Part shown: one piece after another, positions 8,360-18,152 of the stretch
Numbering within the stretch: position 1 is the first letter of the stretch
How the letters are laid out: each line of letters opens with the position of its first letter
The notes under the pieces: model-generated
What the model was told of the DNA's origin: nothing
The model's database searches: none
Seen by the model: only the letters and a program-made list of their open reading frames with translations
Translations under genes and position numbers: made by a program
Source: a virus
Taxonomy: Duplodnaviria > Caudoviricetes
Length of the DNA stretch: 33,689 bases
Direction: 5' to 3' (one strand)
IMG/VR virus record: IMGVR_UViG_3300020045_004785
Coordinates: 1 to 33,689 of that record

Positions 8360-10701
8360 ACACCGTTTTTCTTTTTAAAGATTGATATTGTACTTATTCC
8401 TGATAATATCCCCCTCGTTATTTTACCGATATATCCAGTAACATAATTACCTATTCCATAATTCGTATGGTAATACTTAAAAGGATTGGCTATTATTCCG
8501 TCCATTTCATCCCTTGTAATATGTAGGTCTGCTTCGTAATTTGATAGTCTAACTTCAGTCGGGGTGCTTGCCGGAACTAATCCACCCCCATTATAAACTG
8601 CACTAACTCCAAATGTTCCGCTATTAGCTTGGCAACCATAACCTAAAGCCGTTTCAGACCACGGCAAGTATTGATTCAAATAAAGTCCGGCCAATCCAAA
8701 CCTTTTCTTAATCCATACTTCTATTCTATCACCTACCTCACAATAAAAAACCTTATCTAAAGAAAAAGTATAACTCGTTAAGTCCAAAATTGTAGTTAAC
8801 TCAGCAACACTATCACCGCCTCCCCCGTTGGATGAAATTCTAACTAACTCGACTTGCTGAATATAATCTGCCCCTGAATTATTTGTTACCTCCACATCAC
8901 AAACTGCATGATAATACCCAGGCTGTGGGACTGTATAAATTCCTAACGTTGAATCGTAGTTTGAATTGGTGTCAAAATAGGTCGGACCTGTTGAATCATC
9001 ATTAAACCTTAATCTTCTATAACTAGCCTGTGTTGTATCGAACATATAAGTATTTAATGTAGTATCATCAAATATTTTAGTCGATGTTAGAATAGAATTA
9101 AACTCATCATTACCATCCGAAAGACTATCTACAATACTTTGAGCAATACCGCCTAATCTATTTGTTATCGTTACGTAATTAGCATACAATTCGTTGTAAA
9201 GATAAAGTGTAGGCAATGTTATTGTAGTTAGTTTAGCAAACACTTCATCTGCTGCCGCTATATCTCTATCAACTTGAATTAAAAAAGTATCTTCATCATA
9301 TCCTTCAAAGTTACTCGGAGCATAAAGATTATAAGGTTTAGTTAATCCGGTATTGTCTACCTGTAAAAGAACATCATAAGAGAATACATTATCATTATCC
9401 AATATTCCGGCTGTGTAACTCCACCTATCCGTTAATGGGTTGTTTATTAAATACCCATCACCAATATTTTTAATCTGAAAATCTGCATCCGTATCGGTTA
9501 TGTCCTGATAAAATCCACCTGTGCCTGCATCACATTCTTCAGTAGTATATTTATGTAAAATTAAATCACCATAATTGAACCCGCTAATAGGTGGTAATAC
9601 TTTTGCAATACTATTTGTATTTATAACCAAAGAAGTTAATCTAAGGTCGAGTGCATTATCAATATTGCAAACTCCTGTTAGTGGAAATTCCTCTTGTCGA
9701 TGCTCAACCAAAGAAACGTTACCTATTGGAAAGGCTGATTCCGATTTACTGCACCCTAAAATAATACTTGAATAAATCATGTTAATATCAATGCTTTCAG
9801 TCATTGAGGTAACACCATCAAAATAAACATTACTATTTGTCTGCCTAAAATAATCCTCATTCTCTATTCTTATTACAGGTTTACCGCTTGCTGCAACCTC
9901 TAACGAAAAATAAACATTAAATAGCTTATGTAAGTCATCAAACAATTCCCCAAATGAAATATAAGGAAAGGTAGAGCCTAATCTTATTTGTTTTCCACTC
10001 ATTAAAATTCCCCATGCTTCATTGTTGTATGTTTCAGGGGCTGTATATGAATAAGAAAAGAATGTACTGGTAAAGTCCACTTCATCATCTGTCATCATTG
10101 CGATAATCAAATTTAAAGCATCATAAATTAACATTCCCTTTCTTGGAGGTGGTACAAGGCTAATAGTATCACCTTCATTATCTGCCCACGGTGGACTTGT
10201 CTTTGTATATTCTGATTCCTGATAAAAATAACGACCTGTCATTGGTGAGAATAACTGCACTCCTTCGTTTATTACAAACTTAGCAGAACAGTCTACACCG
10301 TTTTTACTTAACACCTCACCGTGAAAATCATCACCTAATCTAAACTTAATACTCTTGTTGTTATTAATCTTAGATAGGAATGAGTTGTCAGTTACAGGGC
10401 ATTCGACTTGTTTTTTTACTAAGTCCCATTTGACTGCTACCAGTTTTATGATTCCTTTTGATTTTGAAACCCATAATCCACCATCTTCGCTGTATTGAAT
10501 ATCTACATCTACGTCCGTACAATATCCAGCATCAAATAAGGCTCTTAAAAAATCATAATCAGAACCTATAAATATAATAGCCCCGGTTATTTGATACACA
10601 TACCCATTGGCAGAATCATTCAACGATAAACTTTCATTTAGTGAATCAACGCCTTTGGGCGAATCCGTACATAAGGTATTATTTAAAAATATCCTTATCA
10701 T
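8356..10701 (-). CDS. Tail tip / hub protein with a C1q/TNF-like domain near the C-terminus
   Basis: Directly after tape measure; FDTNSNYDSTLGIYTVPQPGYY is a C1q-like signature. Start ATG 10701 (ATGA overlap) preferred over GTG 10710. Confidence 0.6.
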   Translation of the reverse strand: MIRIFLNNTLCTDSPKGVDSLNESLSLNDSANGYVYQITGAIIFIGSDYDFLRALFDAGYCTDVDVDIQYSEDGGLWVSKSKGIIKLVAVKWDLVKKQVECPVTDNSFLSKINNNKSIKFRLGDDFHGEVLSKNGVDCSAKFVINEGVQLFSPMTGRYFYQESEYTKTSPPWADNEGDTISLVPPPRKGMLIYDALNLIIAMMTDDEVDFTSTFFSYSYTAPETYNNEAWGILMSGKQIRLGSTFPYISFGELFDDLHKLFNVYFSLEVAASGKPVIRIENEDYFRQTNSNVYFDGVTSMTESIDINMIYSSIILGCSKSESAFPIGNVSLVEHRQEEFPLTGVCNIDNALDLRLTSLVINTNSIAKVLPPISGFNYGDLILHKYTTEECDAGTGGFYQDITDTDADFQIKNIGDGYLINNPLTDRWSYTAGILDNDNVFSYDVLLQVDNTGLTKPYNLYAPSNFEGYDEDTFLIQVDRDIAAADEVFAKLTTITLPTLYLYNELYANYVTITNRLGGIAQSIVDSLSDGNDEFNSILTSTKIFDDTTLNTYMFDTTQASYRRLRFNDDSTGPTYFDTNSNYDSTLGIYTVPQPGYYHAVCDVEVTNNSGADYIQQVELVRISSNGGGGDSVAELTTILDLTSYTFSLDKVFYCEVGDRIEVWIKKRFGLAGLYLNQYLPWSETALGYGCQANSGTFGVSAVYNGGGLVPASTPTEVRLSNYEADLHITRDEMDGIIANPFKYYHTNYGIGNYVTGYIGKITRGILSGISTISIFKKKNGV

Positions 10702-13139
10702 ATTGCCCACGGATTAACATTTTTCTTTAAAGAATTAGCGATTAATTTATATCCGTGCATATTGATATTATTTCCTTCTGCTAATAACCTACTTAATCTC
10801 ATATCGTCAAACACTTGGCCTTGTTGCATCATTAACGATGTTGCCATGTTTGTAGCAAAGTCTGCCTTCATTTGTTTCTCCTGTTCTTTTAAAGCTGGAC
10901 CTACAACATTACTCATCATCCATTCATTATGCTTCCCTTCGTTCCATGCCTTTGAGAATCCAGGCAAACTACTATTCATATCGGTTTTTATTACTGCTTC
11001 TCCTGGCATTAATAACGCTGGCACACTATCCTTGCCCCTTATTCCACCTTGTACATTATCTGTTCCTTCTGCTAATGCTAAAACAGTATTTAAAGCATCA
11101 GCCGCAATACCTTCCTGAATAGCCCCCGTTGCAATAATAATCCCCGCTAATACCTCTCCAAACGGGGGTGGTATTTTTAGCATTTCAGTAACCGCTACCG
11201 CTGTATTTGCGATAATCTCTGAAGTCTTTAGTGCAAATTCAAAGATGGCATACCGCTTCATTATTTCTTTTTTCTTCTTTTCGTTATCTCCAGCATCAGC
11301 CAATTCTTTATTCTTTAATGTACTAATCAAATCCGAAACAACTTGGTTAGCTGTTTGCCAATCCGATAAATTAAGCATTCTATGTTTATGGGCATTATCT
11401 TCGGCCTGCATATAAGCCAAAATTCCATCTAACTTGGCTCTGTTTTGTTTTTGTAGTGTATCAAAATTAGTTGTGGATGTAGATGTTTCTAATTCCATCA
11501 CACCTATATGCACTAAGGTAGCATCGTCCAGCGACCTTAAGCTACTAGCGGCCTCCTTGTCTATTTCCGCTTTCTTCCTTGTCAAATCAATAAGTTCATG
11601 TTCGATAGCTGTATAATCCTTGCCTAATGTTATTGCATCTAACATTTGTTTATTAAGCACTCCTATTCTATTGTTCAACGCATCGTATGGCCCAACCATT
11701 TTGGTTGTGCTTCCGGCCACATCTTCATGCAAAGGTTTTATTCCTTTTACAGAACCTATATATTCATCCCAATCTTCTTTACTTACATTTAACGTCTTAC
11801 TGAATTTCAAAAAGGCATTGTTCAAATCATCTTCAGTAGAACTTTTAATATCTAATATCAATGATGAATTTATACGTGCGCTGATACCGTACTTATCCGA
11901 TATAGCTACAAGTTTTTCATACTGTTTAGTGGTAATTTCTAAAACAGAAGCTAATTCCTCAAAGGTTTCTTTTACCTGTGATTCCCTTACTGTCTTAATA
12001 TACTTTTCAAGTTCAACCGTATTTTGACCCTGTTCTTTTCTTAACTTTATTTCTGCTGCTATTTCTTCATCCGTTGCGTTGATAACTTTTAACTTCGCCT
12101 TCTCGAAATCTGTATATCCATCACCTACAATTTTAGCCGCAGGTGAAAAGTAATTTTTTACCCTTGTATAAAATCCTAAAGTAAGTAACGATAAAACCGC
12201 TTCTCCTGAATTAGCCAATCCTTTCCAAAACTTACCATCCGCAAAAGCAGCATAAGCCTCCCGTATTTCCTGAACAAAAGGTAATCCAACTTCAATTGAT
12301 TTTGTTAGTCCATCTATACCGCCTCCTATATCACCTTTACCGAATGATGTAAGTCCTTCTAATAATGATGTAAGTGTAGGGGTTAATTTTTCTCCTATCG
12401 TTTCTTGAAGCTCTCCAAATTGGTTTTTAAGTTTAGCAATTGCCCCGGCTGTTGTATCACCCATCGCCTTTGCTGTTCCTCCAAACTTTTCAATAAGTAA
12501 ATCCGCTGCCGCCCCGTTAGCAAGCTGTTCTTTGGTAAGTGATTTGAAACCACTATCCAATTTACCCATTCTACCTACACTTCCTTCGAAGGTTGCATCT
12601 AATTGCATGATAGCGGTATTCAAATCTACTCCCGTTACCGTGCTTAGTTCTACCGCTGCGTTGATAACCTTTTTAATCTGTTCTTCTGTTCTACCCTGAT
12701 TTGCTAAGAATGTTTGACCTTGCTGAATAGAATCATCGTCAAAAATTGTTGTTTCCTGAAGTTCGGCAGCCTGATTCATTAATCTCGCCTGCGCTTGTTC
12801 ATTACCTTTTAAAGCAAATAAAAGTAGTTGTGCATTCTTTTCTGCATCTACAAATGCCTCAACGCTGGCCTTCCCAAATTGAATTACCTGGTTAACTCCT
12901 AAAGCTATTCCCATTCCGGCCATTGATGCGCCAATAGTGCCAGCCATTTGCCCGAAGGATGAACCTGTCTTTTTAGTTTCACCCTGCATCTTAGCCCCTG
13001 CCTTCTCAAAAGCGTTGCCTATTTTATGAGCCGATTGAACACCTGTTTTTTCAGTAGCAAGTAAATCACTCTGAATATTCTTAATGTCCCCTTTGAAACT
13101 CTTTAACTCAAGGTCGTACTGTGCTACTATTTTGTCCAT
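10698..13139 (-). CDS. Tail tape measure protein
   Basis: 813 aa, Ala/Gly-rich helical; C-terminal LAEG...GKDSVPALLMPGEAVI motif; follows the chaperone pair. Confidence 0.85.
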   Translation of the reverse strand: MDKIVAQYDLELKSFKGDIKNIQSDLLATEKTGVQSAHKIGNAFEKAGAKMQGETKKTGSSFGQMAGTIGASMAGMGIALGVNQVIQFGKASVEAFVDAEKNAQLLLFALKGNEQAQARLMNQAAELQETTIFDDDSIQQGQTFLANQGRTEEQIKKVINAAVELSTVTGVDLNTAIMQLDATFEGSVGRMGKLDSGFKSLTKEQLANGAAADLLIEKFGGTAKAMGDTTAGAIAKLKNQFGELQETIGEKLTPTLTSLLEGLTSFGKGDIGGGIDGLTKSIEVGLPFVQEIREAYAAFADGKFWKGLANSGEAVLSLLTLGFYTRVKNYFSPAAKIVGDGYTDFEKAKLKVINATDEEIAAEIKLRKEQGQNTVELEKYIKTVRESQVKETFEELASVLEITTKQYEKLVAISDKYGISARINSSLILDIKSSTEDDLNNAFLKFSKTLNVSKEDWDEYIGSVKGIKPLHEDVAGSTTKMVGPYDALNNRIGVLNKQMLDAITLGKDYTAIEHELIDLTRKKAEIDKEAASSLRSLDDATLVHIGVMELETSTSTTNFDTLQKQNRAKLDGILAYMQAEDNAHKHRMLNLSDWQTANQVVSDLISTLKNKELADAGDNEKKKKEIMKRYAIFEFALKTSEIIANTAVAVTEMLKIPPPFGEVLAGIIIATGAIQEGIAADALNTVLALAEGTDNVQGGIRGKDSVPALLMPGEAVIKTDMNSSLPGFSKAWNEGKHNEWMMSNVVGPALKEQEKQMKADFATNMATSLMMQQGQVFDDMRLSRLLAEGNNINMHGYKLIANSLKKNVNPWAI

Positions 13140-13386
13140 TCCGTCGACTGTTTAGTTTGCTGCCTTGTTGGTCGACCGGCTTGGGGGTTAATTTCCTTTT
13201 TAAAAGTAGTAAATATTCTTCAACTGTTCCGTGTTTAAATAAATTATTATACGCCTCTATATCATCACCTACTAAAATCAAGATACTTTCTCGGAAGCCT
13301 GTTTCTGCTGAAAGGATTTGACCTCTCCAAGAATGTTGCTGTATGCCTCTTTTGCCTTTTTTGTTATTGCTTTGTGTGCCTCCCAA
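13108..13386 (-). CDS. C-terminal part of the tail assembly chaperone (gpT-like), probably reached by -1 frameshift
   Basis: Lies in the -1 frame of 13278..13910, has no ATG start and overlaps the tape measure start. Confidence 0.5.
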   Translation of the reverse strand: MGGTQSNNKKGKRGIQQHSWRGQILSAETGFRESILILVGDDIEAYNNLFKHGTVEEYLLLLKRKLTPKPVDQQGSKLNSRRNGQNSSTVRP

Positions 13387-13910
13387 GATTTTTGAACACC
13401 GTCTATTAGTTCGGCTGAGTTGGGTAAATATAGATTCAATCCAGCCTGAAGCAGAAAAGGGATAGTACCCCCTTCCGTCTTAAATAAGTTTACCTTCTCA
13501 TTATGAATTTTCTCATCAATGATAAAAGGATTTTCATCTTGTCGGATTAATGTATAGGCTCCTAGCTCACAAAGAATGTCAGGGTGGAACATCAAATCTT
13601 TTTTACGTGATTTTACTTCCTGTATTCCCCACATTGCATTTTTAAGTCCGGTAATTTTTGATTCTAGGGATGCTGAGTTAATACAATTATCTATTGACCC
13701 TTCTATGATGTCCATTAAGGTATCGAACTCATCATTGCTTAGTCGCTTATCCAACATCATTACGTGGTTTTGGATTCGTTCTAAACGTGATAAAGGAATG
13801 TCGCCCGAAGATTTGAACTTATAGTAATCGTTTAACCCAAACGAAAATAAGTGTTCACATTTCTCTTTCCATTCAACCTTTCGAGGCTGTTTCTTTTTAA
13901 ATAGACCCAT
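13278..13910 (-). CDS. Tail assembly chaperone (gpG-like)
   Basis: Position upstream of tape measure, an overlapping -1 ORF and in-frame slippery heptamers. Confidence 0.55.
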   Translation of the reverse strand: MGLFKKKQPRKVEWKEKCEHLFSFGLNDYYKFKSSGDIPLSRLERIQNHVMMLDKRLSNDEFDTLMDIIEGSIDNCINSASLESKITGLKNAMWGIQEVKSRKKDLMFHPDILCELGAYTLIRQDENPFIIDEKIHNEKVNLFKTEGGTIPFLLQAGLNLYLPNSAELIDGVQKSWEAHKAITKKAKEAYSNILGEVKSFQQKQASEKVS

Positions 13911-14238
13911 CTTTTTTGCTTAGTAAATGTTTTCGATAATCAATAACCGCTTCAAGTATTTCTGCTAGTACTCCGTTCATAAATACACACCCGAAAATAA
14001 TAATAGGTAATTGTGCAAATGTTAACCAGTTTAGACAGTTTATATTTAGAATTACATACGCTGGTATTCCCCAAAAGGAAGCCATGCAATAGATACAATC
14101 GTATAAAGGTTTGCGCCAAAATTCTGATTTAACGTGTTTCTTAAAGAAGCGATAAAGGAAACCTAATATCATTCCGTCATTTAAACAAATGTGAATACCA
14201 TTGCAGAAGATTGATATAATAAGTATTTGAGTTACCAT
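13897..14238 (-). CDS. Small membrane protein with CxxC (DUF1360-like)
   Basis: About three hydrophobic segments and the motif LYDCIYCMASFW. Confidence 0.55.
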   Translation of the reverse strand: MVTQILIISIFCNGIHICLNDGMILGFLYRFFKKHVKSEFWRKPLYDCIYCMASFWGIPAYVILNINCLNWLTFAQLPIIIFGCVFMNGVLAEILEAVIDYRKHLLSKKDGSI

Positions 14239-14268
14239 ATTCCTTGAGGGTATTTAGATTCCCACATT

Positions 14269-14472
14269 TCAAAGCAGGCTTTTACGATTGTCCACATATT
14301 TTTTTATTTGAAAACGTTTACCGAATAATACAATCACATAACAGTATTTATAATAGTCGGGTAGATTTATTTTTCTTACTCCAAAGTTTTTTGGTAACTC
14401 ATCCACAAGCGTAATGAGTAGATTTTTTTTTGCCTTATTAAATTCTTCCATTTCCTTATACATTCGCCTCAA
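14269..14472 (-). CDS. Hypothetical protein
   Basis: 67-aa ORF co-oriented in the operon; exact start uncertain. Confidence 0.45.
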   Translation of the reverse strand: MRRMYKEMEEFNKAKKNLLITLVDELPKNFGVRKINLPDYYKYCYVIVLFGKRFQIKKYVDNRKSLL

Positions 14473-14866
14473 TTGTTTGGTTGCTTAATGCTAATTGATA
14501 ATAAGGGTTTTCTGTTTCAAGTCCAAACGTCTTTATAAACGTCAATTGAAAACAGGTATACACTACTGCATCGACTGTGATGTTTGCCTTCTCAGTTATT
14601 CCGTCCGTGGTTAATGTTGCCCATAAAATAAACCTATCACTATCGTTAAAAAATCTGCGATAAGGCAGCATATCAAATGTAAGTAATCCGGCCCCGTCTG
14701 AAGTAACTGATATTCTTTTGTACTTATCTCTACCTTCTGCCCATACGTAAACGTAATAAGCTGTTAAAGGTGCTACCGTGCCAACTGTTAGGTTAGCAAC
14801 ATCAGCCTCGTTAGGTAGGTTTAAACATTTAGCCTCTTGGCATTCTGTGATACATGGGTAACTCAT
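14456..14866 (-). CDS. Hypothetical virion protein with Cys-rich N-terminus
   Basis: 136 aa, beta-rich, ATGA-coupled to the upstream ORF. Confidence 0.6.
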   Translation of the reverse strand: MSYPCITECQEAKCLNLPNEADVANLTVGTVAPLTAYYVYVWAEGRDKYKRISVTSDGAGLLTFDMLPYRRFFNDSDRFILWATLTTDGITEKANITVDAVVYTCFQLTFIKTFGLETENPYYQLALSNQTIEANV

Positions 14867-15075
14867 ACTATTCTCCTTTGTAAGTCCTTTAAAATATTTT
14901 CAGCATATACTTTATAATTACTCCTAATCTTTCCGGCATGAATCACAAATTTTGCGTTTGCCTTTCCTTTTGATTTTACCATTGCATAAGAATATATTAA
15001 GGCATTTCTGAGTTGAACACCCATACGCTTATGTATTTCTCTCATTGTAAATTCTTTCCCTACTGCTGACTCCAT
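14863..15075 (-). CDS. Small basic hypothetical protein
   Basis: Start ATG 15075 (MESAVGKEF), 1 nt after the upstream stop, preferred over 15144. Confidence 0.55.
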   Translation of the reverse strand: MESAVGKEFTMREIHKRMGVQLRNALIYSYAMVKSKGKANAKFVIHAGKIRSNYKVYAENILKDLQRRIV

Positions 15076-15076
15076 A

Positions 15077-15652
15077 TTAACAAGTATAATTATTAAAGCA
15101 TTGTTGATACCCTTCCAAGATAATATCATAATCAATAACCACAATCGTCAAATCATGTCTAAATTGAATTTCTACCCCTTGAAAAATATCGTTTATCTCT
15201 GCGCTGTCGGTTGAATATTCCTGAACAAAAACATTAACCCTGTTTACTCCTATCGAAGCCTTCAAAGAATTAATGTTACTATCGTTTAATGTATGTACTA
15301 AATTGTTTGCAAGTTTTTCGTGGCTGTATTCGCTATCATCTATTAACGACCTACGTATAATTGCATAAGCCTTTAAGTTGGTAGTATATTTTAGGTAATC
15401 TTCTGCAACTCGTGGTGATTCTAATTGTTCGATAGTTGTATTACCTTCCTTCATGTGGAAAAATGCACCACTCCTAAAGTCAAATGTTGTAATAAATCTT
15501 AGGTTATCTTTTCCCTTGTAGATAACAGGGTATCGCATTTCGTTGCCATCTTCTTTAACCTCCGCTGCCCATTCACATAGACCGGAAATTTGAGCAAAGC
15601 AATTTAACTCGGCTACCTGTGTATTCAAATGAGTTATTACCCCTTCAATCAT
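15077..15652 (-). CDS. Putative tail terminator / completion protein
   Basis: 191 aa alpha/beta pattern ending in IVVIDYDIIL; located between neck and chaperone genes. Function is inferred. Confidence 0.45.
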   Translation of the reverse strand: MIEGVITHLNTQVAELNCFAQISGLCEWAAEVKEDGNEMRYPVIYKGKDNLRFITTFDFRSGAFFHMKEGNTTIEQLESPRVAEDYLKYTTNLKAYAIIRRSLIDDSEYSHEKLANNLVHTLNDSNINSLKASIGVNRVNVFVQEYSTDSAEINDIFQGVEIQFRHDLTIVVIDYDIILEGYQQCFNNYTC

Positions 15653-15960
15653 AGCTCTTTTCCAGTTAAATAGAAATAAATATTTTGAAGCTGGTGAACG
15701 TATTTTATCCTAATACTATTCATATTCTCAACTCCGAATTGAATAAACCAACCATCAGAAACTTGACCTATTTCAAAATCATCTTTACGCTGTATATAAC
15801 CATCCCTTCCGGCAATTAATTCAAATCCAAAATTCTGTAACCATAGACTACTTAATTCTACTGGGGTAAAGTTTTCTCTATTGCCAAATAAAACAACTTT
15901 AGATATTCCGCCATGTGAATCCACATATATATTACCCTCTCTTAATTCAGTTTTATCCAT
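15649..15960 (-). CDS. Conserved phage hypothetical protein
   Basis: ELREGN...PVELSSLWLQNFGF...IKYVHQLQNIYFYLTGKEL pattern recalled from Bacteroidota phages; not confirmed by search. Confidence 0.65.
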   Translation of the reverse strand: MDKTELREGNIYVDSHGGISKVVLFGNRENFTPVELSSLWLQNFGFELIAGRDGYIQRKDDFEIGQVSDGWFIQFGVENMNSIRIKYVHQLQNIYFYLTGKEL

Positions 15961-15964
15961 ACCC

Positions 15965-15972
15965 CAAATATA
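15965..15972 (-). promoter_or_regulatory. -7 promoter element (TATATTTG), 4 nt before an ATG
   Basis: The octamer takes up most of the 12-bp gap. Confidence 0.5.
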
Positions 15973-16548
15973 CTATTTATTTAGTTGTTCTATGAATATT
16001 TCCCTAAACCTTTTCAATACAAATCCCCTTTCGCCTTTTGTGAATTTAAAAGCATCAGGGTATCTTGCAAATATTCCGTCCAATTTTCCCTGCGGATTAT
16101 GTGTACTCGCCTTAATTGATTTGATAATCTTTATCCGTGAATTTCCTACCGTGATATTATTAACACCTCCGCTGTTCATAAACGCTTTTAGGAAGTTTCC
16201 AAACAACCACAGATTAACCTTCCCGTTTCCTTTTCCAATAGCCTTTTTAAATTGAGAGTAACCATCCGGGAAGTAAGTTGATTTATGGGGCTTCCCGTTT
16301 TTGAACTTGGTACTTCCATATTTACCTACTGGTTTATTCCTTCTTGGGGTGTATCGCTGCTGGTTCGAAACGTAAATAGGGGACGGGTCGTAACTTCCTA
16401 GCGGCCCATGACCACCTTGTCCTTTGGTGAATATCCGATAAGTCTGGCGGGTTATTACCTCTTGGGTTACTTCATAGAAAGGCTTAACGTCCAGCTTTGC
16501 CATCTGTTCGAGCTTCTTTGCGTACTCTTTTACGGTATAAGTGGCCAT
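15973..16548 (-). CDS. Putative neck / virion morphogenesis protein
   Basis: Basic 191 aa; RIFTKG...YSQFKKAIG...VNLWLFGNF resembles Mu gpG/HK97 gp10-type proteins. Confidence 0.5.
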   Translation of the reverse strand: MATYTVKEYAKKLEQMAKLDVKPFYEVTQEVITRQTYRIFTKGQGGHGPLGSYDPSPIYVSNQQRYTPRRNKPVGKYGSTKFKNGKPHKSTYFPDGYSQFKKAIGKGNGKVNLWLFGNFLKAFMNSGGVNNITVGNSRIKIIKSIKASTHNPQGKLDGIFARYPDAFKFTKGERGFVLKRFREIFIEQLNK

Positions 16549-16574
16549 TTTTTAACCTTCTAATTATTAATAAC

Positions 16575-16802
16575 TTAGTCTACTTTGTCCACCGGGCCAA
16601 GACCCGGAATTATATACCCAAAATCAAACCCCACATGAAACACCCATCTTTGGCAATGGTTACAAAATAACGACCTACAAGTCATTGTGCCAAACTCTGA
16701 ATCTAAAGGCTGGATAGTTATCTCACCAGTACAAACATGCATGCTCTTTCGAATCTTCTGATTTTGTCCTCGCCTCTGCTTTAAATTATCTGATACATGC
16801 AT
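16575..16802 (-). CDS. Small Cys/His-rich hypothetical protein (possible zinc binder)
   Basis: HVC...CRSLFCNHC; ATG at 16802 preferred over TTG 16820 because a promoter motif lies between them. Confidence 0.45.
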   Translation of the reverse strand: MHVSDNLKQRRGQNQKIRKSMHVCTGEITIQPLDSEFGTMTCRSLFCNHCQRWVFHVGFDFGYIIPGLGPVDKVD

Positions 16803-16807
16803 AATGC

Positions 16808-16838
16808 CAAATATAATCAATTACCGAACCTTTACAAA
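16808..16838 (-). promoter_or_regulatory. Bacteroidota promoter TTTG-N19-TATATTTG
   Basis: -7 element at 16808-16815 and -33 TTTG at 16835-16838. Confidence 0.6.
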
Positions 16839-18152
16839 ATCCCCGTTAAAGGCGTTCATATCGTAGACCATAGCATCCAGTAAATCCAGTTGCTGAAATA
16901 TATCCTTCCTGTTTTCCTTTAATCGATGTCCGTCCGGTGTTGCCTTTGCAAACTCACAATCTCTAATCAACTCCTTACACTTGGGATTAATCAGCACTTC
17001 CCCGTATTTGCTTATGATTGAATTACACAAGATACGCCCGTCTATATGGGTTGGGTTAACGTTTGGTAGGATGATTTGTTGCTTTGCTATCCTGAATCCG
17101 TCCAGTATTTTAGACCATGCAACAACTCCTACCTTGCTCACTATATCTTCTTTTCGGCCTGATACATCCCCTGTTATCATGTACTTGTTAGACAAGGACT
17201 GTTGATATGTCCGCTGTTTTATTTCCCGAATGATAGCATCGATGTACTCCAAACCTTGACACATATCCGGTGTAAGCACAATGGTATCGAAGTAATGGAT
17301 ATACTTTTTACCTGTTTCTTTGTTATACCCCCTGTGCGCAAGTGTGCATACGAACGGGTTACAGTTAAAGTCAAATGAAATATAAACAACCTCATTAGGC
17401 TGGTATACCGCAAGCGGGCTTACGTTTATGTTCCGGTCAAACATATACAACCAGTTAAACCCGGCCATTGTTACCCTTTCACACATTACCTCACGGGCAA
17501 AGGTGTATTTATCGAATCTATCTTCAAGCCCTTTTATGTAACCAGGTGGTAGGTTTTCGGCATTATCGTAAGTGGTTCCAAAGACTACCGGAATATGCTT
17601 ATCCCCGTAAATCATTTCATCTATATCGGGGTTGCCTCTTGGGGGAGTAAGTGTGTAGAAGGTTTTAGGGTCGGGGCTGCCTCGCATCCTACCTAGCACG
17701 GTGGTAATATCTTCATTTGATGCCTCCTGTATTTCATCCCCCCAAGCCCAGCCAAAAGATGCACCCCGGTAGAATGATTCTAAGCTAAACGTGTAGATTT
17801 GCGCCCCGTTGCAAAAGCTCCAAACGTTGTTGTGGTTACTGGAAAACTTACTCTCATACCCAAATTTCTTACGTGGGTTTTTATTAACTACATAATGCTC
17901 ATCTTCGAATATTCCATTACTTGCCAGTACTTGCTTAAATTCTGATAGGGTCATTTGGCTAAGCTGTGGATAGGTAGGGCTGAATATTGCCCCTAATTCT
18001 GTTGGCCTTGTATAGACCATATCCATTGAATAATAAGCCCCATCGGTTGTTTTACCTGAACCAATACCACCTACATAACTGCTTATCGGCTCCCGTTTTG
18101 CCAACAAAAGTGCCTCGTATTGCTTACTATGAAGGATGTATTTTTTATCCAC
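16821..18152 (-). CDS. terL: Terminase large subunit
   Basis: Walker A GGIGSGKT, Walker B WAWGDE, TTYDN, and RNase H-like nuclease motifs SFDFN, GDVSG and DLLDAMVY. Confidence 0.92.
   Translation of the reverse strand: MDKKYILHSKQYEALLLAKREPISSYVGGIGSGKTTDGAYYSMDMVYTRPTELGAIFSPTYPQLSQMTLSEFKQVLASNGIFEDEHYVVNKNPRKKFGYESKFSSNHNNVWSFCNGAQIYTFSLESFYRGASFGWAWGDEIQEASNEDITTVLGRMRGSPDPKTFYTLTPPRGNPDIDEMIYGDKHIPVVFGTTYDNAENLPPGYIKGLEDRFDKYTFAREVMCERVTMAGFNWLYMFDRNINVSPLAVYQPNEVVYISFDFNCNPFVCTLAHRGYNKETGKKYIHYFDTIVLTPDMCQGLEYIDAIIREIKQRTYQQSLSNKYMITGDVSGRKEDIVSKVGVVAWSKILDGFRIAKQQIILPNVNPTHIDGRILCNSIISKYGEVLINPKCKELIRDCEFAKATPDGHRLKENRKDIFQQLDLLDAMVYDMNAFNGDFVKVR

Noticed and set aside
10762-12027. 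Plus-strand ORFs inside tape measure, and similar antisense ORFs at 938, 4225, 4671, 15881, 18278, 19193, 25021 and 32548
   Set aside because: Antisense to well-supported genes, with no recognisable motifs.
13897-14238. Holin call
   Set aside because: It is a membrane protein, but no endolysin is visible in the window and the CxxC motif points to a DUF1360-like family.
14232-14297. Possible 21-aa micro-ORF MWTIVKACFEMWESKYPQGIW on the minus strand
   Set aside because: It overlaps both neighbours without clean start-stop coupling and has no distinctive features.
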